Shown one piece after another: positions 28,242-45,596 of a DNA stretch of 64,000 nucleotides (positions are counted from its first letter, which is position 1; each line of letters begins with the position of its first letter). The position numbers and the translations under genes were made by a program. The notes beneath the pieces were generated by a model. That model made no database searches and was not told the origin of the DNA. It saw nothing but the letters and a program-made list of their open reading frames with translations. Source of the DNA: Lama guanicoe (lineage: Eukaryota); NCBI GenBank assembly GCA_013239625.1, contig MU054001.1:6373078-6437077 (forward strand), written 5' to 3'.

Positions 28242-28552
28242 CCAGTAGTATGCCAGAACCAGCTAGAACTGGCTGGAGAGAGTCAACTGTTAAATTTTCA
28301 GAAATTCTGGGACTGGTTATGAAACACACTCATAACTGAAAATTAAATTGTATAAACTTGCAACTAATTATTAAAAACAAAGGTAAAAATATTCAAAACT
28401 CATCACTTTCTAATTATTTTACTACATTTTACTATTATATATGCTCTTGAGTTTATTTATATCTATACAGTGGAAATATTATGTAACAGCTTGTTACATA
28501 TAACACATGTCTTAAAAAATCTTTTCCCAACTCTGCATTCAGTGATGTCACA
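28242..28552. mobile_element. MER63-like hAT-Blackjack element, lacking one end
   Basis: ccagtagtatgccagaaccagct...gttaaattttcagaaatt...aaaactcatcactttctaattattttactacatttt. Confidence 0.75.
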
Positions 28553-28646
28553 CAGAATTGAGTACCTGTGACAAAACCCACACAGCCTGCAAAGTCTAAA
28601 ATACTTACTATCTGACCCTTTATAGAAAAAGTTTTCCCATCTCTGG
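28553..28646. mobile_element. MER58-like hAT-Charlie terminal fragment
   Basis: cctgcaaagtctaaaatacttactatctgaccctttatagaaaaagttt...ctg|gtctaaa. Confidence 0.75.
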
Positions 28647-31600
28647 TCTAAATTCCCAGAAGTAATATTGAATTAAACGATAAATTCACTTTTTACAATA
28701 AATGGCAAACTGCATTTTTTAAAAAGGCTAAAATAATTCACATTTGTATCAGAAATATAAGTATTCCACTCTTTTAAAAGTTTCCCAATCTGATAGGAGT
28801 AAAGTAGTATCTCTCTTTTAATTAATTTTCACTTCCCATACTATTAGTGAATTTGAGAATCTTTATAAACTGGCCATTTGGATTTGCTCTTCTGGGAAAT
28901 GTCTGTATCTTATTACCATTTGCTATTTGCTTTGTTAGTGTTTTTGTCATCAATTCCTAAGAGCTCGCTGTATATTTTGTTTACTACTTCACATTTCCAT
29001 TTCAGATATTTTCCCCTGAGCTTTCAATATACCAGTGTGAAAAATATTTTAAAAAATTAATAGTCAAATCTGTCTCTTTCTCCATTTGCTTCTAGTTTTC
29101 CTTTTTGTTTAAAAAAGTTTTTGATAACCCCTAGGTTACACATATAGTCACCTCAATTTTCTGACAAGTTTTTATAATGTAAAAAAAAATCCTATTTAGC
29201 TATTTTATCCATTGGGAATTTGTTTCTAAACTGTTCTTAAAGTAACTAACAAATTCCACATTTTTTAAAAAGATCAAATTGGTTTAATTTTTTTTTAGGT
29301 TACAAAATATTCAATAGAAAGATTCATTTGTCCTAAATTATAAGCAGAGAATATCTTAAATTATGGGATTCAAATAGACCATTTCCCCTTGAAATAATAC
29401 AACTTAATTTTCAACAGCTATATAAAAACTGTAGTATCTAATAATGTAGCATTTGGCGTAATTATATGTAAGATTTCAAATCCATTGTGGAAGATGGTAT
29501 TTACTAATGGCTTATGTGTAGCTACATTAATATCTCTAAAAAATCTCCATTGCTTAGAGCAATATATATTGATTTACTTAAACCATACATTAAACCATAC
29601 ATTGATTTTTTAAGTATTTTATGTAGCACTCAATACTGTATATTGACATAAAGTTAAAACATAAAGTAAACTGCATGCTTTCATTTTTCTATAAGCCTTG
29701 GGTTCTAGCAGAAAAAGACAGGAAATGTGTGAAACTTGAATCTTAGCCCAAGGAAAGAATCAATCAGTATCTCCCATCTGTGTTTTTATCATGATTCTCT
29801 AACTTTGGGAATGCAGCAAGTTGAAGTTCACGATTTCTAATGATGCAATTTTAGAACCTTCTCTTGCCTTAGCTAATGGTGAGCAGCTAACTTTATAGAT
29901 ACAGGGTGTTAAGAGCTGTGGGGTTTTTTCAGTGAGGAAAAGTCTCTGAAAGCCTAAGAAGTATAGTTTTTGAAGACTCTGAATTGCAGAGGCTGATAAA
30001 CTAGTAAGAAAGTATGTACAAAGAAGCAGTGGATAGCCAAAATCTCTGAGCTAACATGTTCTCCAACAGGATAACCAAGAACTAAGAATCTGAACACCTT
30101 GTATTGTAGAGGGTCAAACAGAACAGCCCCATAATTTCATGAGGTCTAGATAGTTCTTGTACTTACATGCATGCAGAGAAGGTGAGGAGGGCAGGAAGGT
30201 ACAGACCAGGTAGGCATGGAAGAGCAAAGAGACAACCTTGTATACAAATGTACAAAATATATGCAAACCACATCTGTGGTTTACCAGTAAATTATTAAAA
30301 CATTAATTTTTGAGCTGTTAAGATAGCAAGGTTTCCCAGAGTACAATAATCTATATGCTTGTCATCTATATATAATATATTTGCAAGTGACTTTGAAATT
30401 TAAATTAAATCATTAACTTTGGATCATAATTTCTTCATCTGAAAATTTCCTTTTAACTCCTCCACTGATAAAAACTAGAAGGATATTACTATAGAAGGGA
30501 CAAGTTATTCTAATACATTCTCAACTCTCTATCCCTAATGCTGATACTGGGAGGGTCTTGATTCAAATATTTATTGAATTGAACTGGGCGACCCACCTGA
30601 TTAGGGGGAGGCCTTCTTGAATTCCCACAGGCAGAGTAAAGACAGTTCTTCCTTATCACAATACATATTATTTTCACAATCTGATTAATGTGTTACACTA
30701 CACTGGAAGCTGATCAATAACAGGGACCATATCTAGCACATAGTAAATGACAGTGAAAGTTTGATAAGAAGCAGGGGAAAACATGGACAGAAGCTGACAA
30801 AAACAGTTTTCCTGAAAAGTTTGTTTTCCTGAAACAAAAAGCGTCAGTAGACTTTTGAAGACCAGTTTATAACTTTCTTCTCACAGGCTACCCTATCCAA
30901 CTGAATTTTATGATCAATTCCCACCTCTTCAGACTTTCACAATTAGACAAGTTGAAAAACCTATCTTACCAATTTTGGAATGGATACCTGTTAAAACTTT
31001 TATAATTAAAAGACATGAATACTCTATACATGACTCAGCACTCTGAACATCTTCAAGATCACCAACATCTCCTTGCAAAACAAAGAAACAAAACTTAAAC
31101 CATGCAGTTTCATTATGCACAGAAATGTAAAACATTAAGGAATAAATGTGCTCCCAGTACAGGACTAAATACATTATGACACCTCCATTCAATAAAGTAC
31201 CTTGAAACAGTTAAAGGAAAGAGGTAGATCTATTTGAAGCATCATGAAAGATCAAGAAAATATAGCATGAAAAAGTAATGTCATAGAACAAGATGCACAG
31301 TAAAACGGTGCATGCAAAACTAAGCAAGAATACCTATACATGTGTGACGTTTATAAATGTATATGCACATATAGATAACTAAATATTTTTAAAAACCTGA
31401 AGTATATACACCCAACTGTTAAAAATAATTGCTACTAAGGAGAAGACAGTGATTTCTACTCTGTATATTTCCAAATATCTAAATAGTATACAAGAATGTA
31501 TTCATTTACCACTTGTATTAATTTTTTTAAATGAGAAAAGGAAATTTTACAAGCACATCATTTTGCACTGTTAAGGTACTTTATATACATTGTCTCATTT

Positions 31601-33714
31601 CATCATCCTGACAGAGTTAAGAGGTTGACATTAAGTTGAGGCACAAAGAAGTTATTAAATGACAGTCTGAATTTGAGCAGAGTTCTCTAAACACAACTAT
31701 AGGTATGCTCTTTCCCCTATACCATGAAACCTCATAAAAATGCTTAGCCAGGAAGAGTTAAGAGCCCTTAATCCTTGCTTTCATTTTCTGCTTTAAATAA
31801 GCTGCTACTCCAAAATTATATGTACATATATGTGTGTGTACATACACACAAGTATACCTTTACTTACTTAATTCCAATTTATTATCACAATTCATCTGAA
31901 CCCTCAACTTTTTAAGTCTATGTTTTGGCACAGCAAGTTGAGTAAGAAACAAATTTTAAATGTAAAATACGAAGTGGCAAATATAAAATAACACAACTTC
32001 ATAAAAATGAGGCAAAATTTGCCTCTTCAACTTATCCAAATAAGATGTGAAAAGGCCATTCCACTGTTCCCATTTTATTTTTAATAAAAAGGTATTAAGT
32101 TCTTCCAGTGACCTTTAAGGAAGGAGCACAGCCTATAAAATCTATTTAAGGATATTAAATTTGGTTGATGCTTCATGTGTTGACCTGATGAATACCAATC
32201 ACTCAATTAGCTGTTTCATTTTCTTTTCTTATTTAAAGTCCAGTAGAGTACCTTGCCATAATATACCATGGATGTGTGTGACTTCTGTGAAGTCAGAGCT
32301 TTATTCCAACAATTGTAATATTTCTAGAAAGTTTCTGGAATTCCCTTTATGAAAAAAAATGCATTCAAACTTGGCACAGTTATTAAAACTTCTCGGCAAC
32401 AGTTGGTTCATTCACTATTTAACCCCAGTGCCAACAGTGCCTGGCACACAGCGAATACTCAATAAATATTTATTGAACAAATGGAATTAATATCCTTTGA
32501 TATTATGCCAACAGATACTCGGAATCAGCACCAATGAATAAGATGATTCATCAGAGCAGAGGAAGTAAAATAAGACTCACTGATAAATAACCTAAGCTGT
32601 GACCATTCAGTAATTCAACGTGTTCTATTCCATTTTCATCTATTCTGTTCTGTTCTTCTATTGCTCACAAAAGAGGATCTGAATGAAATCATAAAAGGAT
32701 ATGACTTAAAAATGATTTGATCACTAGAATAAATGTATATAGCTTGTAAGTAAGTCACTATATTAAGGGTAATACTAATCTGAACATGTAAGATTTCTCA
32801 AGAGAAACTCAGACTCATTAACTCATACTACAAGGGAAAATCTTAAATTCCAACTTCTAAGACTTAACTGACAGCATCTTAGTTAAGTATTAGTGAATCA
32901 CATGGAGGGGAAAAAAGAAGTTCACTGTACACCATTCCCAATCTTTAAAAGAAATATTTAATTTTATTATGTCTTCTGTTATTATAGTGATAAAAACATA
33001 GTATTAGGCATTTTGCTGTCATATGTTATTCAACACAAGTCCTACAGACGTAAGACTTTCAAGCTATTCAGCATTTTGATGAAGCCTGATCTGTATTTCT
33101 TGTCTTGGCAGAGCTCAGCAGTGCATTTAATATGAACGTTATTACTGCTAATTATAAACTTCATTGATAACACTGTGTAGGGTAACCATGAATAGAGGAA
33201 GTTTTGAATGTTAATCAAAAAAAAATCACAATAAACTATGAATCAGCAAAGTAAGCTAATCTTAGGAATAAAAATATTCACAACCAGAATAAACCTAGAA
33301 ATACTTCTGAAAGTCAGTATAGAGTTTGTAGACAATAAATGCTAGTTAATTTTATTCTCATCAAAATACAGTGAAGTTTAGATCACTGGCCAAGTGAAAC
33401 AGGGTGAGACAGCATTGTCATTTTCTATGTGCTACACCCTCAGACTTTGGTGACTTGCTCCAAGAGTGTCCTGAGAGTCTGTGTCAATGAACTGACTTTT
33501 GTGAAGATCCACTAGCAATAAAATCACAACTGACCAAACTTTCTTGTATACAATCCAATCATATCTTTTAGAAGCCATCTTTCGCTCTGTTTTGAATAAG
33601 GTTCCCAAGGTTCAATCAGGTAAAAGAGAGGTCTCCCTGCTCTCCGCCGCCCCTTCTCCTCACCCCCCAGAGCGTAAAGAAATTCCTGGATAAAGACTGT
33701 CATAATACCTAAGA

Positions 33715-33910
33715 GGCTGTGGAAAGAACATGGGCTGTGAAAACAGACAGACCTTGGCTACAATCACAGCTATATCCTTCAAGACTTTCTGGACTTGGGC
33801 TCTCTCTGAGCTAGGTCTTCTCATCTGTATGGTGAGGGAAAATTATTTAATGTCACAGGATTGTTGTGAGACTTAAATGAAATATTTTAAGCAAAGCACT
33901 GGCACAGTGT
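33715..33910 (+). mobile_element. MIR SINE
   Basis: Core ctctctgagc...cttctcatctgta...tcacaggattgttgtgag...ttaaatga. Confidence 0.75.
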
Positions 33911-35994
33911 ACATTAACTACTGATTGTCTTCCCTTCCCCATCCTCAGACTTTGAATCTCCTGTAGCACTTCACATGGGACTGATCACTAAATAAGAAAT
34001 CAAGGAATTCTTGACTAATTGGCTTTGTCAGGTTAACATCAGAATCATTCTGATCAATGCAAGGATGATGCCCCACATAGAGATTTTAAATCTGCAATTT
34101 AAAAAAATCAGTAATTAAGAAACAGCAAAGAGATAACTGAGTGGACTTTGAGCTGTAAACGTGATATTACAGCACTCTTGGGTTGCTATACATAATTTAG
34201 TGTCTATATGCAGAAGCCCAGGAAACCAAGATTACCATTTCTCTAACCATGCCAGAGGAAGGAGTGCTACTTAAGGGGGAAGACAGAGAAAAGTTCCACT
34301 AAAACGTGACCCCCGTGCTACCTAGGAGTGACGCTAACATGTCTCCAATAAAACTTTATAATCAAAATGAATACTTATTTCTGAAGCATGACTATTCAGA
34401 GCTCAGTTTCACTAACAACCTACAAGTCTAATTAGGGCCAACTGTCAAACATCCCCAAAAAACCCACACCATCTCTGTGGGGAGACAAAGCTAACTCAAG
34501 ACCCTTGGGAGCAGAATCAAATCTGTCGTTAAGAAGTATAGGATGCATATTAGGCTGCCATGTCCATGTTATAAGGAAGATATTAAAATACAAATTAACC
34601 TACTTTTATAACACATACATTTAATATTACAGAACTGGAATTCTATAATAGGCATTAAGTTCTGAATAAGCAATACACTATTCAGACCATCTATTCTATC
34701 TTAAAATTTTTCATGTCTACTCTAAATACGGCTTAACTTTGCCATATTTTTTATGGGCTATTAGTTTTTTATGTCATACAAAACTGAAAGAATGTAACTC
34801 TGGGTGAACACTAAGACTATTAAAATTCTGTTGTACTTTAATCTGCATTATTAATTTAGTTATAAGAATTTCATTGTAGTAAAAAATTGAAATGAAAACT
34901 AGAGTCATGACAATGTATATTTAGGGTATTCAGCTTATACTCCTGCAAATGAAACTGAACTGTACTGTAACATGGAACTATAGTGGAAATCAGCCTCGAG
35001 CTTGCTAGTGTTCAGTACTTAATCTGAAGACTGTTTGCTGTTTCCTCTCCTTTTTAAACAACTGTATCTACTACTTGAAGCGCCTACCCTCATTTTTATG
35101 TTCATTCTATAAGATTGCTGAATTCTATCTTACAAGGATGCCTAGGGGAAAAAAAAAGATTTCTCAGCAGTGTCTACTGGATCATTCTGCTTTAAATGGT
35201 AAGCTACTTGAGATGTGAAAGAAGCGAGATCCCCCTCACCTCACCACCATTACCACCACCACCATCATCATCACGGGCCTCCACAAAGATTTTCAAGCAA
35301 TCAGTACTTCAGTTTCTCAAAGAAATACTTGTAGAAAATAAACTAAAGTGAGAGGAAAATAAACTTAACTTCCAATATGCCTCTCATTTCCATCCCATTG
35401 TCTAGGCAACCCCCTGAAAATGGAGGTAATCATGACACGCTGAAGCAGAACTGCCTCCTGAAATGGAGACTACAACATCCTCTGGGCACAGACGGGATCA
35501 CCAAATATAATTAAAGAAATAATGTGTGGTAAAGACACTAGAAAGAAATGTGAATAACACCCAGTCATTTCCAGTAACATCTGTTGGAAAATTTCACTTA
35601 TGTTATTCATGTACAGCAATGGGCTCAAAGCAGGAGTTCTGAACTGGCAACCCAAATCCCATGGGGCAGCTGAACAAAAGGATTTGGTCCAGGTAAATCC
35701 AGGCCAAAAATCAGAGCCTGGAGTAGACCAGCAAATCGGTAAAGGCAGATGGCCACACTAGTGAAAGGAGGCTATAAAACAGCCCTAGTAACAAACAGAA
35801 ATGAAAGTCGGGTCACGCCTAATGGGAATCAGGGATGCCAAAAATGACGTATTTATTCAAAGACTAAGTTCAAGACTGGGAACATTAGAATACTTAATTC
35901 AGAGCCCAAGCCCTAGAGTCTAAAATAAGAGACAGAGAAAACGTGAGGATGTTACAAAAGACTGCTGCTCAGTAGGTATGGTGCTACAGACAGA

Positions 35995-36125
35995 CTTTAG
36001 CTCCTCAAAGTGCATCCCATCCACTAGCAGCAGGGTCTCGCCTGGGAGCTTGCTACAACTGCAGACTGTCAGTCTGCGTCACAGACCTGCTGTATCAGAA
36101 TCTGCATTTTAAGGAGATCAGGGCT
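35995..36125. mobile_element. MER5A-like hAT MITE
   Basis: ctcaaagtg...agcagca...cctgggagcttg...cagacctgctgtatcagaatctgcattttaa. Confidence 0.75.
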
Positions 36126-37479
36126 CTACGGAGGTAGTTATTCCATCTTATAAAAAACAAGAGAGGGGAGGGGTCAGAAGAGAAGAAGGGATCAAAATCA
36201 AATAGCAGCTTTGCTGTCTTAGGAAAATCCAATTCCACGACCATAACTGAGGTTAAGTGACAGATAGGTAAAAGATGTGTCGCGAGCAATGGAAAGCTCA
36301 TGAAAACAAAGTCACACACTGCTAGCAAGAGGAAGAGCTAGAAATTAAACACTGAAGCATGCTTTGTTTGTTTGTTTCACATAAAATAAAACAAAAAAGA
36401 TGAGTATATAGTTATTATTTCAGGACTTCTCTTGAAAATTTCATTTCTTATTATCAAAATATTACAGATTCACAACAGTATATAACCTGCTTCCAAGGGA
36501 ATGTTTGAAAAAACACTAAGTTGTTTTCCAAGTAATTCTTGTGTTGATCACTGCACGTTGTCCATGTTAGCTGTGAAAGTGAACTGTTTCAGTCATCATG
36601 TACCTGGTGAATCTGTCCTTTACATAGATTTCATTTCCTTTGCTCATAGTTCAAGACAACTGCAAAGCACAAGAATAAAAAGAGCTTTCTCCTATAAGTT
36701 AAATACATAATTACTGCTAGGCTATGACCTGATGAGGTCTAACATGAAAACACAGATTTCTCTCTAGCGTATTATGAGCAATGTGTTTCATACTTTTACA
36801 GAAAAATTTTTTTTTATCATTTTTTATTCTGAAAAGTTTTAAACTTACTCCAGAAGGCAAGATTTAAAAAGCTAATATTTCATACTACATTTAAAAGTGT
36901 ATCATTTTGCTCTCCTTCAATACCACATTCCTGAAATTTAAATGCCAAGTTCAAATTTCTTGGTATCATAGGTAACCTCTATACTGTGATAGACAAGGCC
37001 TATTAAAAAGCGTTGATCTTCCCTATGTGTAAAAAAGTAATGACTTACATTTTGATAAAAATGTAGATGAATAATCTATGTGATTTCTTCCATCTTCCCT
37101 TTAGGGGAAGTAAAAATCAGGACACAGAGACTGTTCAAGCTTTTTAAGCAAGGGGCAGAGAAAGTCAGAGCCGTGCAGTTTGGCCCTGGAGATGCTGTCC
37201 ACAGTTAAAAAACAATCAAGAGTGCCCTCATCAAGTCATAAAGTTATCACACACTACAGTCACTATCTTGCTTTGTTATGCTTGCTTTTTGAATTTGAAT
37301 CTTTTTGGACTTGCCTAGTGGAGGAAACGTATTTAGTATGAAAATATGTTCTCATTCACAAACAGCTGGAAAATAAATTCACCAAATTTTATTTACCAGA
37401 TTAAAAGGTGAAATGATTAGACAATGATTAGTGCTGGGAATTCCATTCTGTTTCGAAATTGCACTAATTCTTTCAGCAT

Positions 37480-38250
37480 GATTCATTAATTCATTCAACT
37501 TCAAGTCCCCAACACCAATCCCCATATCAGGGGCTACTGACAAAAACTTACAACTGATTCAGTCTCCGATCTGAACAATTTCATAACTTAGAAATGACAT
37601 CAGAGATAAAAGAAGCATGTATAAAGGGCCATGGGAACCAGTAGAGAAATTAACTGAAGCCTGGGATGCAGAGGAAGGGGGCTGTCAGAACACACATAAA
37701 GATAAGAGATCACTGGAACAGAACAAAAAATTATGGGAGTGCATCAAGTTTACAGAGAAAGGCTGTTTAACACAGAGGGAACCTAATGATAAAGGTGCAG
37801 AAGCCAGAAAGAGTGTCCTGTCTGGGAACTGCAGATAGATTAGTATCACTGCAGCAGAGAACATAAGTGGGAGACGAAGAGTGGAAAGGTATGCAGAAGT
37901 CCAACAGTGAAGGATGCTAAACAGCAGATTCCAGGTTTGCATTTTATCCTTTGAATAATGGAGAGCCACTGGGGAGGCTTATGAAAGGGCATCATATGAT
38001 CTAAACTGTAAAAGATACCTGTTGGCAGTGTGAAAGACTGCAGAAAAGTGGTGAGCCCCAGGCACCCACTTTTGGTTAAAATATTCATCCTAGGGCCTTG
38101 AAGTAAGACAGTGACAGCAGGGATGCAGAGGAGAGGGAATATTCAAGTAATATCTAAACGGTAGAAAAATTAGACTGAGGAAAGGCTTAAATTTGGTACA
38201 GGTCTTGAGTACAAATATCAGAATCATATACTGCAATACAGGAGGGGAAA
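37480..38250 (-). mobile_element. L2 LINE fragment(s)
   Basis: ttcattaattcattcaac tail; tttgcattttatcct...gagagccactggggaggc; boundaries approximate. Confidence 0.6.
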
Positions 38251-39241
38251 CAGTCTAGTGATAACTTCTAAACTTCAAATAGTTTTTTATTCCTTCAAAT
38301 AATAATAATTAACTTTACATCCTGTTAGGATTTTTTTTTTAATCCTTGTGGTCACTGAGTAAATGATTTTTATCAAAGATACAAGCCAACTGAGAATTGG
38401 GATTAAGTGGTAGAACAAATTAACTGAGCACCAATGTGCATTTCCATGAAAACAAGATAACATATCCAAATACACAGATCTCTGAACTGATAGAAACAGA
38501 TAAAAACTCGTATTAAGATTCCACAAAGCAAAGATAATTACTCTTAGAAATATATAAATTAAGGGAAAAAAGCTCATATTTTATTTTTTTGGATTTTTTA
38601 AAAAATACCTCTTTATGAAAGACATTTAACATGGAAAATGCTTTTAAAAAGCATTTTTTATTTAAAAGGCGTTTTAACACAAACAAAACAAAAGGTAAAG
38701 TTCTAAAATCAACTAGCTTATATCAGCCATATTTAAAAAGGACTCAAATTGAATAGAAAAAAATCCCATCAAAGCAGAAAGAATATCAACAGAAATGACT
38801 AATGCTCTCTACCAGTGCCTAGCATAATACCAGGTGACATTATGTTTAAAAAAATAAGATTTTTAAAACAATTATTTTTAAATAAAACACGTTTAAAAAA
38901 TGTATTTAGAAGTATGAAAATTCAAAATGTCACCCAATGGGGCATGGCTGTATATACTACATTTTGTCATGAGCAAAGCCTAATGATTAATGATATACAG
39001 TGCATTTCCTCTAGAGTTCCAGGTTTCTCAGCACAAATTTCCAGACAAAGTCACCTAACCAAATCCACAGCTCTAAACTGGTCAAAATCTAACAGTGTTG
39101 TCCACTTTGAAATCACTCAGCCATAGAATGCTCTGCTCTTCAAAACTTATTAAATATATTGCGTTTGCTTAAGTAGAGAGGATATGGTAAGGCCACCTGC
39201 ATTAAAACAGCAAGGTCTGTGGTCAAATTATATACATAGAA

Positions 39242-39267
39242 ACACACACACACACACACACACACAC
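39242..39267. repeat. (CA)13 microsatellite
   Basis: Read directly from the sequence. Confidence 0.95.
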
Positions 39268-41891
39268 GCATGTACACTTCTTAAGACCTGTGTCAAAATT
39301 TCCATCCTTGAAATATGTCAGGAAATGTTTCTATCAAAACATTTAAAATCAAAGACCACAGTAAGCTTAGAGGTTTAGTCCACTGCCCTTAATTTTTCAA
39401 GTGTTAGATTCGTACAACTGCCATTGGTTACATAGATAAAATTCGTGATGGAAACATACTCAGAATACAGAAAGAAAAAAAAAAAAGATGAAACTGAAAT
39501 CATCCTAAATCAGAAGCTGTTAAAAGTTTAGGTGTAAATTACAAAAATAAATAAATAAATAAACAAACTAACAAACAAACATAAAAAGAATTTTAAAATA
39601 ATAAAAAATAATAAGCTACCCTATAAGCTGAAAGCTCTATGGAAAAAACAGCCCCCTGACTAAAGCTACAGCAAGCCAGTCATCTTTTTGACATACTGAT
39701 GATTTATAATCAACCATCAAATATTTATGACCAAACTTCAAAAATTAATTTAACCAAATAAAAAAAAAAGAATTTAAATCCTTCACTGGTTCAGTTGCTG
39801 GAGGACAGAAATGCAGTAAAGAATACAAGTTAAGCACCTGATGTAATCAGAGTATGTGTTCAAAACACAACAGGAAGAGAACACATATATAACGGACTGC
39901 CCAAAGCACAAATGCCCAACCCAGAACCCTGTGCCTGTCCTTGCCAGTCTACATTCACAGCGTTAGCAATACGACTTGGTCCATCATACAAATAACAACA
40001 TTCATACTCGATCATACCCATGATCAGGGCCTATGTATCTGCCAATACTTAGTTCTTAACTATAAGATTTGAATTTTAAATGGCTGAAAAGGAAGGCCAG
40101 GGAAATAGTGTGAGGTTATTTATAAAAAAGGGAGTACAACAATTACAACAATAAGCTTTTAAAAAATTGTATAATAAATCAAAAACTAATGATGGATATT
40201 CTGAAGGACAATAAAGAACACATGAGACACATATAAGAACCTATAAAAATGGTCAATTTTAATTATACACTTAAGATTCTGACTGGTTCTAGAAGTCACT
40301 TAATGTTCATATTTGTTCATCTTCAAAAAGCAACCCCCTCAAGAAACTTGTGAAACATGAACTGAAAGAGAAGCTATGAAATCAAGAAATTAAAACGAAG
40401 AATAGTTCTTTTTAAAGGACTAAGATTTAGTCGTATCACTGTTGGTAAAAAGAAACAAAATCTGTAGGAAGAAAAAGGAACAAATAGTAATATTAAAAAT
40501 AGCAACGTTTTCATCTTTTTAAAACCACTTCTAATCAAGGCAACCAAGGCCTAATATGACAAAAATGAAAACAAGTGTGAATTTATTACAAACATATCAT
40601 AGAAAACTGTAATGAACATCACAAAGCATTCACCAAATTTTCCAGACCAAGTATATTTAACATGCAGTTACAATTTTCTTTTATTTGTTTTCTACTCAGG
40701 GATTATTTTCAAATCCATTTTGGGTCTATTTTCAAGACTCAAAAATATCACAGAAGACATGTCCTAACCGCACAAGTGTTTACCAATAAAAACAAACAAA
40801 CAAAATCTTCATATCTCCCACAAATTCTTATCTTTTAACAGGTAAATCAAATATCTGTCTCTTTCAGCAAATATGGCAGCACCTTGTGTGGTTTTGCAGA
40901 TTATTCCTCAGAAATAGAACAGTCAATCTGCCACTTTAAAATACGGACAGAGATCATCATGATGATGTAAAAATAAGATACAGATCTATAAGAATTTACT
41001 ATATAAACACACAGAAAATTTTCTGTTATATTGGGCCACATTCTAAAAGCTACCTTGTTCAGTCAAAGAGACCTTATAAATGGTAGATAGAATCTAAAGC
41101 ATAATCAAGGTGCCACATTTTACGAATGCAGACTGATGACAGAGTCAATATTTGAACTTTCATAGCCATTCATTATCAAATGTGGACTGAGTGCCCCATA
41201 TGCCAAGCAACGTGCACTAGGTTAGCTGTTAAACATAGAGATCAAGACATATAGCGCTTGGCCTCTGCCATTAGGCTGCTTCCTGTCTTCTCATCACTTT
41301 CCAGCTTATTTACAGAACAGCCAAAGGATCTTCATAAATTATTACTCAGGCTTTATTACTTCATTACTTCAAATTTTCAATAACTTTCTCTTCCATATCT
41401 AAAGGCTCCCAATGCCCTGCCCCTCCCAGCCATCCTGTCCCTCCTATTGCTGTCATTCAGTGCTTTATCCTTTTATGATATTGTCCTCAAATATTCAGCT
41501 GTATCCCCAAGATTCTATCCTAGAATCCACTTCATCCCAACCTTTGACTTGACTCCTATTGCCTCCTGCACCTCAAACATCACTTCCAGGGACACCTTCT
41601 CTGAAGTCCCATGCTAATCCTGCAGGAATAGAGAGCTGACAGCTGGTGCTTAGCAAGGGAATAACAGGATCAGTTCTTTTAGAACCACCCAGATAAGAAC
41701 TTGAAGAACAGACTGGCTAGAGAGGTGATACAACAGGAGGTGATACCTATATGCAGCAAAGTTAAGTAGGAAACAACTATAAGAGGCCAGGAGAGAGTTA
41801 GAGATTGTACGTATGCAAAAGCAATGAAGTCAGCTTAATTTTTGCAAAAAGTCCCATCGGGCTATGAGCTCACTAAGACCAGTATCATATA

Positions 41892-42050
41892 CAGCCAGCC
41901 CTTGGTATCCACCATGGGGGATTGGTTCCACTACACCACCCCTGTCAAGGACACCGTGGATGCTCAAGTCCCTTATATAAGATGGCATAGTACAGCCAGC
42001 CTTCTGCATCCACAGAATGCAGAACCCACGGGTACAGAGGGCCAAGTCTA
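41892..42050. mobile_element. TcMar-Tigger MITE (MER2-like)
   Basis: ta|cagccagcccttggtatcc...gggggattggttcca...ggatgctcaagtcccttatataa...gagggccaa. Confidence 0.8.
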
Positions 42051-42704
42051 TTACTAACATTCCACAATATCCTAAGTCCAATAAACATTAGCTAATTTGA
42101 CACGAGTGAGAGAAGAGCAGTGAATATCGCCAAGAAGCAAACAATAATCTATCATTCATTGATGGACTACTAGGCACTATGCATGCTGAAGAAGAAGGCT
42201 GCAATGGTTGGGAGCAACGGCTCTGGCTGAGTTTATCTCCTAGCTGTGTGACTTTATGTAAGTTACCTTACCTTTGTATTTTGGTTTTTCAACAGAGACA
42301 GTCTTATAACATAGCTCTGTTGGAGACAGTCTTATAGGTCTGCCATTAGATTTAAAGAGAATACTACTTGTCACGTATTACTCAATAAAAATTAGCTACT
42401 GAAATTATCACCTTTGTCATCATCAACATAACCATTATTGTTATTATTAGTACCATTATAATCACTACGTACTTCACAGACATTATTTCATCCTCACAAA
42501 TGAACTTACGAAGGATATACGCTTATTTCCTACTGTATAATTAGGGAAGGTAGGTGCAAAAGCAGTTCACATAGTTTCATACTGGGATTTGAGCCTAGTT
42601 TTATGAGTCTAAAGTCCATATACTAACCACTTTATAACACTAAGTATCAAAAGGGGCAGGAAGGACTATGGTATGATAAGTAATATGATTTTCCAAGCAA
42701 TATG

Positions 42705-43204
42705 ATTTACTGAGCATTTATTATGCTCCAGGTACTCTTCTGGGCTCTAGGGATACAGGAATGAACAAAACAGATGAAGTCTCTTCTCTCATATGGGACA
42801 GGGAAGCTAAGAGAAAAATGTCAAATAGTAAGAAGTATACTACAGAAAATAAAAATTAAGAGCGATGTGTGTGAGGGCTGCTTAGACTCAGAAGGCAGAA
42901 AAGGCCTTTCTAAGAAGGTTAAAATATAAATCAAAATGATGACCAAAAGGAAGGATTTAGCCAAATAGCAGGATAAGAGAGCATTTCAGGCAGAGGAAAT
43001 AGCTGTAGCAGAGAGCCTAAATGAAAACAAATTGTGTCTTAAGAAACCAAAGCATGCCAGGCTGAAGAGCACTGGGGGAGAGAGGAGTATTCCATGAGGA
43101 GATCAGAGAAGTAGACAAGAGCCAGGCGTCCTAAGGTCACCCAAGGAAAGGGACTGTGAATTTGCTGCTAAAGGTAATGAAGGACTGCAGGATAGTGACA
43201 TGAT
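42705..43204 (-). mobile_element. L2 LINE, interrupted by an L1 and resuming at about 45612-46040
   Basis: atttactgagcatttattatgctccaggtact...gggatacag...aacaaaacaga; L2-like sequence continues past the L1 TSD. Confidence 0.7.
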
Positions 43205-43219
43205 CTGACTTAGATTTTT

Positions 43220-45596
<2,377 letters not shown>

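Noticed and set aside
35240..35273. (CAC/CAT)n poly-His-like tract
   Set aside because: Simple microsatellite, not in a supported ORF or exon.
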